This document shows positions 54,631-63,222 of a stretch of DNA of 64,000 nt, piece after piece (position 1 is the stretch's first letter; each line of letters opens with the position of its first letter). The notes beneath the pieces were generated by a model. That model had not been told where the DNA came from, made no database searches, and was given only the letters and a program-made list of their open reading frames with translations. This DNA is from a virus. The stretch spans positions 16,430-80,429 of IMG/VR virus record IMGVR_UViG_3300020198_000009; one strand, written 5' to 3'. The position numbers and the translations under genes were made by a program.

Positions 54631-57546
54631 ATGGACAAGACCGCCCGGCCTCAATGGCCCAACCTCCCAGACCGGCCCCTCATGCCGCCGGGCCTGAAAA
54701 CCCGGGCCAGCCACTGGTTCAATCGCGAGATCGATCAGGCCTGGCGACCCGAGCCCGAGGGATTCTCCCTGGGCCTCCTGCGGCGTTTCGATCCGGAGTT
54801 CCACCATGCCGTCAATCAGGCGGCCCGCGCCCAGGGTCTCACCCCGGAGCAGGTCCTCGAACGCGCCCGCCAGCGGGTCAGGGCCAAGCAGGCGGCGAGG
54901 CTCCCGGAAGCAATCCTGGCCCTGCGACGACTTGCCGCAAACAGGCGCCTGTCACTCGCAACCGCACTCCCCGAAGGCCGTTCCTTTCGCGAGCGACTCC
55001 TTGGGCTGGGCGACGTCCCGCACCGGCCGGAATCAGCCGGAGCCGGGGTCTTCCAGCAAGACCTTCCCGATCACGTGATCCTGCACCACAACGCGGGCGG
55101 CTCGACGGTCCGGGGCGGGGTCAACATCAACGGGTCGGATTTGACGCGGGCGCTCGACGACAAGTGGCACTTCGCACAGATCATGGAGCATGGGACCGGC
55201 GGCGGGCCCGGCCTGCCAGACAGCATTCCGAAGACCGAGTTGTTCGAGACCGCCCTGGCGCGACATGGCGGGGATCTCGAAAAGCTCAAGGCGGAGTTCG
55301 GCGACTTCGTCGTCAAGCCACGCTCGGGAGCGCGCACCAGGCGCGATGCACTCATCAATAGCGACAACCTCAAGGATCCCCGCCTGTCGCGGGCCGCCCA
55401 GGAGCCACGCGGACATGTCATCCAGCCCAAGCTCGACATCGTTGACGAATACCGCGTCCACCTCCTGAACAACCACCCGTTCACGGCCGCCAGGCGCTAC
55501 CTCACAAACACGGGGCCATTGGCCAGATCCACTCACGAGGTGGCACGCGCCCTGAACGAGGGCGCCATCGTGCCGCTGGTCGGACCCGCACGCAAGGAAG
55601 TCCAGGAATTTGCCCGCCAAGCCACCGCGCACATCGGGCGCAGCCCGGAAGGCGGCCAGTATCTGGGCACGCGAGACGAAAACGTCCACCACGCCCTCGA
55701 CATCGCCAGGTTGCGCGACGGCTCCCTGCGAGTCATCGAATCGAACCCCACCCCGGGCACCCTGATGAACCCGATCGTGAGCCGCAAGTTGCACCACCTG
55801 GCGACAGGCCGACTGGATCATGGCACCTTGGCCATGGCGGGCCTGGCAGGAGTGGCCGGGGCGGGCCTGGCCCTGCGCTGGCTCGCCAGGAAACGGCGCG
55901 CCGCTCGCGCCCTGGGGCAGGCCAGAGCCGCCCTCGCCGGGACGGTTCAACTCGCATCGGCCAAGCACGCCGCCCTCAAGCCCAGCGCCAAGCTCAAGGA
56001 CTACCAGCAGGAAGCCGTCGATCGCGTCGCCGACAACGACGGCTCCTTGCTCATCGCGCATCCGATGGGCTCGGGAAAAACCATGACGTCGGTGGCCGCC
56101 GTCGAGAGGCTGCGCGAACTGGGCAAGGCCAAACGCACCCTGGCCATCGTGCCGGCCGCCCTGCGCGACAACATGATCGACCGGGGGGTCCACCGTTTCT
56201 CCGATCAAAAAGCCATCCGCCTGGGATCCAAGGGAGAAGCCGGGTCCTACCACGTCGGCCAGCCATTGCCCGATGCCAACTACTACATCACCAGCATCGA
56301 GCAGTTCCGCCAGGACCCCAATGCCTACCTCAAGACCACCCGGGCCGACACCATCGTGGTAGACGAACTGCACAAGGCCCGCGACGACAGCACGCGCAAT
56401 TACGATGCCCTGCTGGCCGCCCGGCCGCATGTCCGCAACTTCATCGGCCTGACCGGCACCCCGGTCATGAACCACCCGCGCGACATCGTGCCGGTCCTGG
56501 ATCTGGTAACCAACCGCAAGCACCGCCTGGGCAACGTGCGGCAATTCGATCAGGTCTTCACCCGGGAGGAAGTCAAGCACCACGGACCCTTCGGCTGGCT
56601 GGGCCACGGCCCGACCTCCAAGGAAAAACACCTGATCAACACCGACTACCTCCAAGAAGAGCTGCGCAAGCACATCCACTACGTCGAGCAGGAAGACGTC
56701 GGGCAACTACCCAAGAAGACGATCGTCGACGTCGAGGTCCCGATGAGCCACTACCAGGAAAAGCTCCACCGTGCCGCGATGGACCGCTCGGGCTTGAGCC
56801 CCATCGACCGCTGGCGCATCGAGCACAACCTGCCGGTCAACCAGCGCCTGGCCTCATTCTACCTGGCCCGCCTCCAGCAAGCCCGCCAGGCCAGCAACGC
56901 CATCCACCCCTTCGACAAGGACTACACGCCCTTGCGATCGGCCGAGGAGACCCCCAAGGTCAAGAAGCTGCTCGACGACGTCGAAGCCCACATCCGCGAG
57001 AATCCCAAGCACCAGGCCACCATCAGCACGATGTTCGTGCGCGGCGGGGCTGACCAGCTCTCGGCGGGGTTGTCCCGGCGCGGCATCGCCCACGGCTGGT
57101 TCCTGGGATCGGGTTACCAGAAGCGCGCCGATCGCGACCTGCACGTCAAGGACTACCTGGCGGGCAAGCGGCGGGTGATGATCGTCAACCAGGCCGGCGC
57201 CGAGGGATTGAACCTCAACAACACCACCTTCCATGCGACCTTGGACCCCCACTACAATCCAGCGACAATAGCCCAGATGGAGGGGAGGGGGCTGCGCGCG
57301 GACAACCCGGCTCCCGAGATCCCGGTCCACCGCTACAAGTCGGTGCTGCCTCGGGCTCGAATCGCCGGCATCCCCATCAGCCCCAAGCTGCACGGCACCG
57401 ACGAGTGGATCTACGGCATGATGGACCGCAAGGAGAAGCTCAACGACGAGCTGCTCGGGCTCCTGCGCGACCGGCCCAAACAGAAGGCGGCCATGGACAA
57501 GGAGGCGCTCAACGCGCTGATGAAGCGGCTGGCCTACACGGTATAA
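54631..57546 (+). CDS. ATP-grasp (RimK-like) plus SNF2-family helicase polyprotein
   Basis: DDKW/IPKT/FVVKPRSG/VIQP/EYRV/VIESN; TM helix; KHA at 55963; YQQEAV/HPMGSGKT/VDELH/LTGTP/EGLNL/QMEGRGLR. Confidence 0.8.
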   Translation: MDKTARPQWPNLPDRPLMPPGLKTRASHWFNREIDQAWRPEPEGFSLGLLRRFDPEFHHAVNQAARAQGLTPEQVLERARQRVRAKQAARLPEAILALRRLAANRRLSLATALPEGRSFRERLLGLGDVPHRPESAGAGVFQQDLPDHVILHHNAGGSTVRGGVNINGSDLTRALDDKWHFAQIMEHGTGGGPGLPDSIPKTELFETALARHGGDLEKLKAEFGDFVVKPRSGARTRRDALINSDNLKDPRLSRAAQEPRGHVIQPKLDIVDEYRVHLLNNHPFTAARRYLTNTGPLARSTHEVARALNEGAIVPLVGPARKEVQEFARQATAHIGRSPEGGQYLGTRDENVHHALDIARLRDGSLRVIESNPTPGTLMNPIVSRKLHHLATGRLDHGTLAMAGLAGVAGAGLALRWLARKRRAARALGQARAALAGTVQLASAKHAALKPSAKLKDYQQEAVDRVADNDGSLLIAHPMGSGKTMTSVAAVERLRELGKAKRTLAIVPAALRDNMIDRGVHRFSDQKAIRLGSKGEAGSYHVGQPLPDANYYITSIEQFRQDPNAYLKTTRADTIVVDELHKARDDSTRNYDALLAARPHVRNFIGLTGTPVMNHPRDIVPVLDLVTNRKHRLGNVRQFDQVFTREEVKHHGPFGWLGHGPTSKEKHLINTDYLQEELRKHIHYVEQEDVGQLPKKTIVDVEVPMSHYQEKLHRAAMDRSGLSPIDRWRIEHNLPVNQRLASFYLARLQQARQASNAIHPFDKDYTPLRSAEETPKVKKLLDDVEAHIRENPKHQATISTMFVRGGADQLSAGLSRRGIAHGWFLGSGYQKRADRDLHVKDYLAGKRRVMIVNQAGAEGLNLNNTTFHATLDPHYNPATIAQMEGRGLRADNPAPEIPVHRYKSVLPRARIAGIPISPKLHGTDEWIYGMMDRKEKLNDELLGLLRDRPKQKAAMDKEALNALMKRLAYTV

Positions 57547-57755
57547 CGCGGGCTGCCACCCTATCCGGGCACTACCGGTAGTTTCCACCACGACTTGACC
57601 CGGTTGGCATCAGAGTCGAACAGGACATGGTGAAATATCCCGAAACAACGCTCGATATCCTGGTCCATGTCCTGAGCTTAGCACGATTAGCGGCCCAACA
57701 AGAGACCAGCACCCAACCGGAACTGTCGCTATCATGCCACCAGGAGGACGTCTTC

Positions 57756-58643
57756 ATGCTGCGAGACGGCCTGGTACTCCTGGTCGGAAACGACCACGAT
57801 CTCGGCACCACCCTGGCCAACGAAGGCTACCAGCTCTTGCGCGCGGATTCGGGCGCCGAAGCGATGGGTCTGATCGGCCGCATCGTCCCCGACCTGGTGC
57901 TCTTGGACTTCGATCTGCCGGGCATGGGCCCCATCGAGACCCTCGAAGCCCTGCGCCAGGGCCCGCACACCCAGCGCGTGGGAGTGGTCTGCCTGGGGGA
58001 CGTGCCGGGCGATCTGGCCAGGGCCTTCGCCGCGGGCGCCGACGAGTTCCTCATCTCGGTCCCCGAGCCAGGAGAGTTGCTGGCGCGGGTCGACCACCTG
58101 ATCGCCAAGAAGCGAGAGCTCGACACCCTCTACTTCCTGGCCACCCATGACGGCCTGACCGGCGCGCTCAACCGCAAGGCCTTCCTGGAGGCGGTCGACG
58201 GCGCCCTGACGCACCGCGCCGGCCGGGCCCTGTCGGTCGTCATGTTCGATCTCGACCATTTCAAAATCATCAACGACACCCAAGGCCATGGGGCGGGCGA
58301 CGCGGCGCTGCGGCATGTCGCCGACCTGTTCGATCACCACACGCGCGGCTCTGACATTCTGGGACGACTGGGAGGAGAGGAGTTCGCCTTCCTGCTGCCG
58401 GAAACCGACCTGATGGGGGCCCTGACGGCCGCCAGGCGCCTGCGATCCCTGCTGGAAGTCAACCCGGTGCCCTTCTCCGACCTCTTCCTGTCGGCCAGTT
58501 TCGGGGCGAGCAGTGCGATCAAGGACGATCTTCCGGGAAGCCTGCTTGCACGGTCCGACCAGGCACTGTATCATGCCAAGGAGGCGGGCCGAAACCTGGT
58601 CGCCTTCGAGCGGGATGGCGTCCTGGGACTCTGCGAGAGATAG
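57756..58643 (+). CDS. REC-GGDEF diguanylate cyclase (PleD/WspR-like)
   Basis: DLVLLD receiver; HDGLTGALNR, DLDHFKIINDTQGHGAGD, RGSD I-site, GRLGGEEF; AGGAGG SD. Confidence 0.9.
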   Translation: MLRDGLVLLVGNDHDLGTTLANEGYQLLRADSGAEAMGLIGRIVPDLVLLDFDLPGMGPIETLEALRQGPHTQRVGVVCLGDVPGDLARAFAAGADEFLISVPEPGELLARVDHLIAKKRELDTLYFLATHDGLTGALNRKAFLEAVDGALTHRAGRALSVVMFDLDHFKIINDTQGHGAGDAALRHVADLFDHHTRGSDILGRLGGEEFAFLLPETDLMGALTAARRLRSLLEVNPVPFSDLFLSASFGASSAIKDDLPGSLLARSDQALYHAKEAGRNLVAFERDGVLGLCER

Positions 58644-58649
58644 GACCAA

Positions 58650-59054
58650 TTGGAGCGCAAAAAGCCCTTGCGCAGCGATCCGGCCAAGCTTCGGGCCTGG
58701 CGGGAGCGCTCGCAGCCGTTGCGATCCGGAATGGTCCTACCAGGCCAGATCCGGCTCAAAACCAAGAAAAGGAAGGGTTTCAGGGAGCGAGCCCCCGGGG
58801 TCTGGGCGGCGCTAGTGACACGCTCGGGCGGTCACTGCGAACTGCGGGCCTCGTCGGCTTGCACGGGCATCGGCCAGGACGCGCACCACCTGGTCGGTCG
58901 GGGCGTGGGCGGACCCGACACCCTGGAAAATACGGCCATGTCTTGCCGGCCCTGTAACGAGTACGTGGAAACCATCGGCCAGCTGGCCTACGACCGGGGC
59001 TGGAAGATCCGCAGCACCTCCGAGCGTGGCCGCGCTCTCTTGCGAAAGGAGTGA
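58650..59054 (+). CDS. HNH endonuclease-like protein
   Basis: CELR...C...DAHHL...GG...N...CRPCN. Confidence 0.75.
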   Translation: MERKKPLRSDPAKLRAWRERSQPLRSGMVLPGQIRLKTKKRKGFRERAPGVWAALVTRSGGHCELRASSACTGIGQDAHHLVGRGVGGPDTLENTAMSCRPCNEYVETIGQLAYDRGWKIRSTSERGRALLRKE

Positions 59055-59308
59055 CCCTTGTGGCATCGCCCGTCCGCGCCAGTACGTGCCTCAACCGTCG
59101 CAGCCAGCCCAAGGAGAGGTATCCGAGCCGTTGTGAAGCGGTGATCGCCAAGCGCGAAAAAGGCCTGGACGACGATCCACGCCTCCAGCCGTATCTGTGC
59201 CCGGATTGCGCGGACTGGCACCTGGGTCATGGCCCGGTCTCGAAGAAGCCGCCCCGGTACTTCAAGGAACGGGTCACCAGCGTCCTGTGCCTGTGCGGGA
59301 CCTGCTAG
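59051..59308 (+). CDS. Small zinc-finger protein
   Basis: PYLCPDCADWHLG. Confidence 0.55.
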   Translation: MTLVASPVRASTCLNRRSQPKERYPSRCEAVIAKREKGLDDDPRLQPYLCPDCADWHLGHGPVSKKPPRYFKERVTSVLCLCGTC

Positions 59309-59325
59309 TGCTAGAAAAAATCACG

Positions 59326-59568
59326 ATGGAGCGCCATAGCGGCCCGGGCCACGCCGTCGGTCACGCCTGGCTCGGCCCCTACGCGGTCCTCTGGACCATC
59401 GAGCCGGGTCGGCAGGGACGGTACCACATCGAGTTCCACAATCCCGACAAACAGCGTCAGCCCCATCTCGCACGACTCGCCCAGGCGAACGCCGAGGCCG
59501 TCCTCGCCGAGCTGATGAGCACCTTGCAGTCCCGCTACCCGTACCTGTTCCCGGTGCCGACCCCATGA
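59326..59568 (+). CDS. Hypothetical protein
   Basis: Coupled ORF; start uncertain. Confidence 0.45.
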   Translation: MERHSGPGHAVGHAWLGPYAVLWTIEPGRQGRYHIEFHNPDKQRQPHLARLAQANAEAVLAELMSTLQSRYPYLFPVPTP

Positions 59569-59831
59569 ACGAAGTCTGGGATCTGCGGGTACTCGTGCCG
59601 GCCGAGCGGATGGTCGTGGCTCGCGCCCTGGGTGATTGCCCGGGCTGGGGCACCCGGGAGGCCTTCGCCCGGACCCCCGAGGAGCTGGCGGCCCTCCAGC
59701 GATTGGCGACCCGGACCCGGCGGCGAGCACCCATCTTCATCACCGGCGACCAGGTATTCTTCCGCATCGATCCCGACGCCCTCAAGACGTACCTGGCCAG
59801 CAAGCAACCAAAGCGGCGCCGGGCATCATGA
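59565..59831 (+). CDS. Hypothetical protein
   Basis: ATGA overlaps on both sides. Confidence 0.5.
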   Translation: MNEVWDLRVLVPAERMVVARALGDCPGWGTREAFARTPEELAALQRLATRTRRRAPIFITGDQVFFRIDPDALKTYLASKQPKRRRAS

Positions 59832-60358
59832 GCGACGACTTCGATCGGGAAATCGGCCTGTGGCTGCGCGACATCACCAGCCCCGACGAGCTGGTCGCGG
59901 CCCTCAAGCGCATCTTCGGGGACTACCGGGCCGAAGTCAAGGAGGTCCAGGAGCGCATCGCCAAGCCGCTCTCGACCGACAACCCGAACCTCCTCTCGGA
60001 AGAGCTCGACTGGTTCGCCGCCCACCTGCACCGCATGGGTAGTCTTTGCGCGGATGCCGATGCGTTGCTGGACAAATCACAAAAGTACTTCCTGGTGCCT
60101 ACCGGGCAGATGCGACCCTGCACCTACGAGAACGGCGACCCCTACGAGGAGCGGGGACGCAAGGCCTATGCCAAGGTTTCCGAAGCGGACCGAAAAGTGG
60201 AGCTCGATGCCCATGTGGCAGCCTTCCGGCGTCTGCGCAACGAGTACCAGCTCATCTGCGAGGTCCTGCGCAGCCGGCTGATCCTGGGCCAGAAGATCCT
60301 CGATCGGCTCGGCAAGGAAGCCCAGGCCGCCGGCTATCAGGCCGGGCGGGGGCGCTAG
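59828..60358 (+). CDS. Hypothetical coiled-coil protein
   Basis: ATGA overlap; helical composition. Confidence 0.55.
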   Translation: MSDDFDREIGLWLRDITSPDELVAALKRIFGDYRAEVKEVQERIAKPLSTDNPNLLSEELDWFAAHLHRMGSLCADADALLDKSQKYFLVPTGQMRPCTYENGDPYEERGRKAYAKVSEADRKVELDAHVAAFRRLRNEYQLICEVLRSRLILGQKILDRLGKEAQAAGYQAGRGR

Positions 60359-60393
60359 GCGTTACGGACTTCGCCGTAACGACATGATTCAAA

Positions 60394-60822
60394 ATGACCG
60401 ACACCGAGCTCTGCGACTACCTCAAGCAGGCCTTGCGCTACCTCCGGTCCTGGTTTCGGGCCCTCGGCTACCCGCTGCCCGCCATCAAGCTCGTGGTCAG
60501 ACCGATTCGCCCGCGCCCCAAACCCGACGGCCGGCGCACCGTCGGCTACTGGTACCGGCCGGAGAGGGGTATCCACAAGATCGTCGTGGCCTCGGGCCTC
60601 AACTGGCTCACGGCCCTGGAAGTGCTGGTCCATGAATGCTGCCATGCCGCGACCAACTCGGCCGGTCATGTCCGCGCCTTCGGGGCAGTCGCCCGGTCCA
60701 TCGGCCTGGACCCCGACCACGAGGCCGGCTTCGCAATCGTCAGGGCCTCGCCGGCCCTCTCGACTCGCCTGGTCCTGCTGCATGATCGGAAGCTGAAAGG
60801 CAAGCTGCGACGCACGGCCTGA
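60394..60822 (+). CDS. SprT-like zinc metalloprotease
   Basis: VLVHECCHA...GH..AF...A..IG. Confidence 0.7.
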   Translation: MTDTELCDYLKQALRYLRSWFRALGYPLPAIKLVVRPIRPRPKPDGRRTVGYWYRPERGIHKIVVASGLNWLTALEVLVHECCHAATNSAGHVRAFGAVARSIGLDPDHEAGFAIVRASPALSTRLVLLHDRKLKGKLRRTA

Positions 60823-60866
60823 ACGCTTGGGCGGGATCGCTATGATCCCGGTGAGGCCTGCTGCCC

Positions 60867-61109
60867 ATGAAAGAGCCAAGCGCCCGGACTTATTGCTTCC
60901 TCCTGCGCCTGACGGGCGCGGAGGCCTACGCCCTGCGGGACGTGGTACGCACCGGCCGACTGGCCGCCAAGGTGGCCGACTGGGGCGCCAAGCACAACGC
61001 CGAGCGCAAGGTCGAGATCGTCATGGAATCCGAGCAGGCCCTGCGCAACCTGGTCGACACCCTCGGGGTGCGCCTGGGCAAGAAGATCTCCTACAGCGAA
61101 TACGCCTGA
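60867..61109 (+). CDS. Hypothetical protein
   Basis: GTGAGG SD; typical codon usage. Confidence 0.5.
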   Translation: MKEPSARTYCFLLRLTGAEAYALRDVVRTGRLAAKVADWGAKHNAERKVEIVMESEQALRNLVDTLGVRLGKKISYSEYA

Positions 61110-61268
61110 TGTCCCAGAAAACGGGCGATTTCATGTGGCAGGAAACAACCCTGTTTCGGCTTCTCGCTCCCGATCGGGCCCGGCTTCACGTGTATACGCG
61201 GACATGCTCACGTATCTTCACGTAGAGATCGGACGCTCAATCCCGATCGGGCCCAACCAGCCAGGGCT

Positions 61269-61287
61269 TATCATGCTGGTAGGACCA
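61269..61287 (+). promoter_or_regulatory. -10 box TATCAT followed by TGGTAGGACCA, upstream of the RNAP beta'-C gene
   Basis: TATCAT at 61269-61274; palindrome at 61277-61287. Confidence 0.55.
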
Positions 61288-61289
61288 CC

Positions 61290-63140
61290 ATGCGCACGAC
61301 GGTCGGGCACCTGCTCCTGTCGGCCGGCCTTCCCGAAGGTATCACGGCCCCCTCGCTGCTCGACAAGAAGGGCCTGGGGCAGATGCTGTCCGAGATCGCC
61401 CAGAAGCACCCCGATCGCTACGGCGAGGTGGCCAACCACGTCAAGGACGTCGGTAACCGCGTGGCCTACGAGACCGGGACGAGCTTCACGCTAGCCGATC
61501 TCAAGCCCGACACGAAGCTGCGGGACGCGGCCTTCGCGGCCCACCACCAGGAGCTCAGGCGCCTGATCGATCAGGCCATCAAGACCCCGGCCATCCAGCG
61601 TAGCCCGGCCTTCGCACGCCAGAAGGCCGAGCTCTACGCCAAGATAGAACAGCACGTCCAGCAAGGCGTCGCCGACCGGATCAAGACCCAGCCCAACAAC
61701 CTCACGGCCTGGATCGCCTCTGGCGCCCGGGGCGACACCCACATGGCCCGCCAGATGCTGGCCATGAGCGGCCTGAACGTCGACGTCGCCGGCAAGCTCG
61801 CCCCCGACATCGCCAAGCGCAGCTTTTCGGAAGGTCTCTCGCCCATGGATTTCCACATCCATGCCACCGGAGCCCGCCGCGGGGTCGTCAACACCTACAC
61901 CTCGGTCCGCGAGCCCGGAGCCTTTGCCAAGGAATTGAACACCATCGCCGCGGACATGGTGGTCACCCAGCTCGATTGCGGCACGACGCGCGGCCGCGAG
62001 TTGCCTCCGGCCGACCCGGATGTCCTGGACCGGCTGCTGGCCCGCGAGATGCCAGGGGTTGGCCACCGCAACGACCTGGTCGACGATCGGTTGCGGCAAC
62101 TGGCCATCAAAACACACCTCGCCACCCTGCCGGTGCGATCGCCGCTGACCTGCGCAGCGCGCGAGGGGGTCTGTAGCCGCTGTTACGGACAGAACGAAGA
62201 AGGGCGGATTCCGTCAATCGGCGAGCACGTGGGGCTGCGGGCCTCGACCAGTATTACCGAACCGCTTACGCAGCTCGCCTTGCAGAGCAAACACTCCGGC
62301 GGCGTGGTGGGTGCCGGCAAGAGCCCCTTCCACCAGATCCTGGACGTGATGCACGCCCCCAGGGAACTGGCCGGCGCCGCGGTGCTGGCGCGCCACGCGG
62401 GCCAGGTTACCCGCATCGACAAGGCGCCATCCGGCGGCTGGCAAGTCCATGTCGACGGCACACCCCACTACCTGGCCCCTGGCCTCGATCCCATCGTCTC
62501 GGTCGGCCAGCGGCTCACCCGGGGGGTAGCGCTCTCTGGTGGCCAGCCCCACCCGGCCCAGGTCGTCAGCCACCTGGGCATGGAGCGCGGCCGCGAGCAC
62601 TTCGCCGACACCTTGCGGGGCCTGTACGGCGACGCGGGCATCCGCGGGCACGGCAAAATCTTCGAGACCGTCTCGCGCGCGGTGCTCAACCTGGGCCAGG
62701 TGGTCCAGCCCGGCAAGCACGACTGGATCCCGGGCGAGATAGTCCACTGGAACGCCGTGGCCCCGCACCTGGCCGAGCAACGGGCTACCTGGGTGCCTCT
62801 CGACCAGGCCGAGGGGAGAATTCTCCACGGCGAGGCCGGCCACCTGGGGCCGTACGAGACCTTGACCAACAAACACATCGCGGCTTTACGGGCCCGCAAG
62901 ATCGGCCAGGTGCCGGTCTTTAGCAAGGACGATCTGGTGGTGCGGCCGATCATGCTGGGCACCGAGCGCGCGGCGCTGCACAAGGGGGACTGGCTGGCCA
63001 ACCTGGGCTTCCGGTTCCTGGGGCAGACCTTCAGGGAGAATGCCGCCACCGGGGCGACTGCTTCACTGCATGGCTGGAATCCAATCCCCTCGTTGGCCCA
63101 TGGGGCTGAGTTCGGCAAGGGCGAGGGCGGAAGGTATTGA
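61290..63140 (+). CDS. Phage RNA polymerase beta' C-terminal subunit
   Basis: SGARG, SFSEGLS, bridge helix GARRGVVNT...PG, DCGT, VRSPLTC..GVCSRCYG, trigger loop EPLTQLALQSKHSGG. Confidence 0.9.
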   Translation: MRTTVGHLLLSAGLPEGITAPSLLDKKGLGQMLSEIAQKHPDRYGEVANHVKDVGNRVAYETGTSFTLADLKPDTKLRDAAFAAHHQELRRLIDQAIKTPAIQRSPAFARQKAELYAKIEQHVQQGVADRIKTQPNNLTAWIASGARGDTHMARQMLAMSGLNVDVAGKLAPDIAKRSFSEGLSPMDFHIHATGARRGVVNTYTSVREPGAFAKELNTIAADMVVTQLDCGTTRGRELPPADPDVLDRLLAREMPGVGHRNDLVDDRLRQLAIKTHLATLPVRSPLTCAAREGVCSRCYGQNEEGRIPSIGEHVGLRASTSITEPLTQLALQSKHSGGVVGAGKSPFHQILDVMHAPRELAGAAVLARHAGQVTRIDKAPSGGWQVHVDGTPHYLAPGLDPIVSVGQRLTRGVALSGGQPHPAQVVSHLGMERGREHFADTLRGLYGDAGIRGHGKIFETVSRAVLNLGQVVQPGKHDWIPGEIVHWNAVAPHLAEQRATWVPLDQAEGRILHGEAGHLGPYETLTNKHIAALRARKIGQVPVFSKDDLVVRPIMLGTERAALHKGDWLANLGFRFLGQTFRENAATGATASLHGWNPIPSLAHGAEFGKGEGGRY

Positions 63141-63222
63141 TGGAGCGAAACGCTACGAAATCGGTTGCGCTTTGAAAGGAAGGCTCAAGCCATGACTCCC
63201 TACGAGCTGTACATGAAAAAGG
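63125..63222 (+). repeat. 98-bp direct repeat, copy 1 (RNAP gene 3' end + intergenic + MTPY leader)
   Basis: 96/98 identical to 63903-64000. Confidence 0.95.

Noticed and set aside
39994-57546. RiPP cluster interpretation (leader peptides + ATP-grasp + kinases + protease)
   Set aside because: The leader-bearing ORFs are long and unrelated, the enzymes themselves carry KxA or leader tags, and the same motifs occur in capsid and scaffold genes; head-cargo processing explains more. Not formally excluded.
57547-57755. Possible riboswitch or ncRNA upstream of the diguanylate cyclase
   Set aside because: No recognisable conserved structure by eye; an Infernal/Rfam scan would be needed
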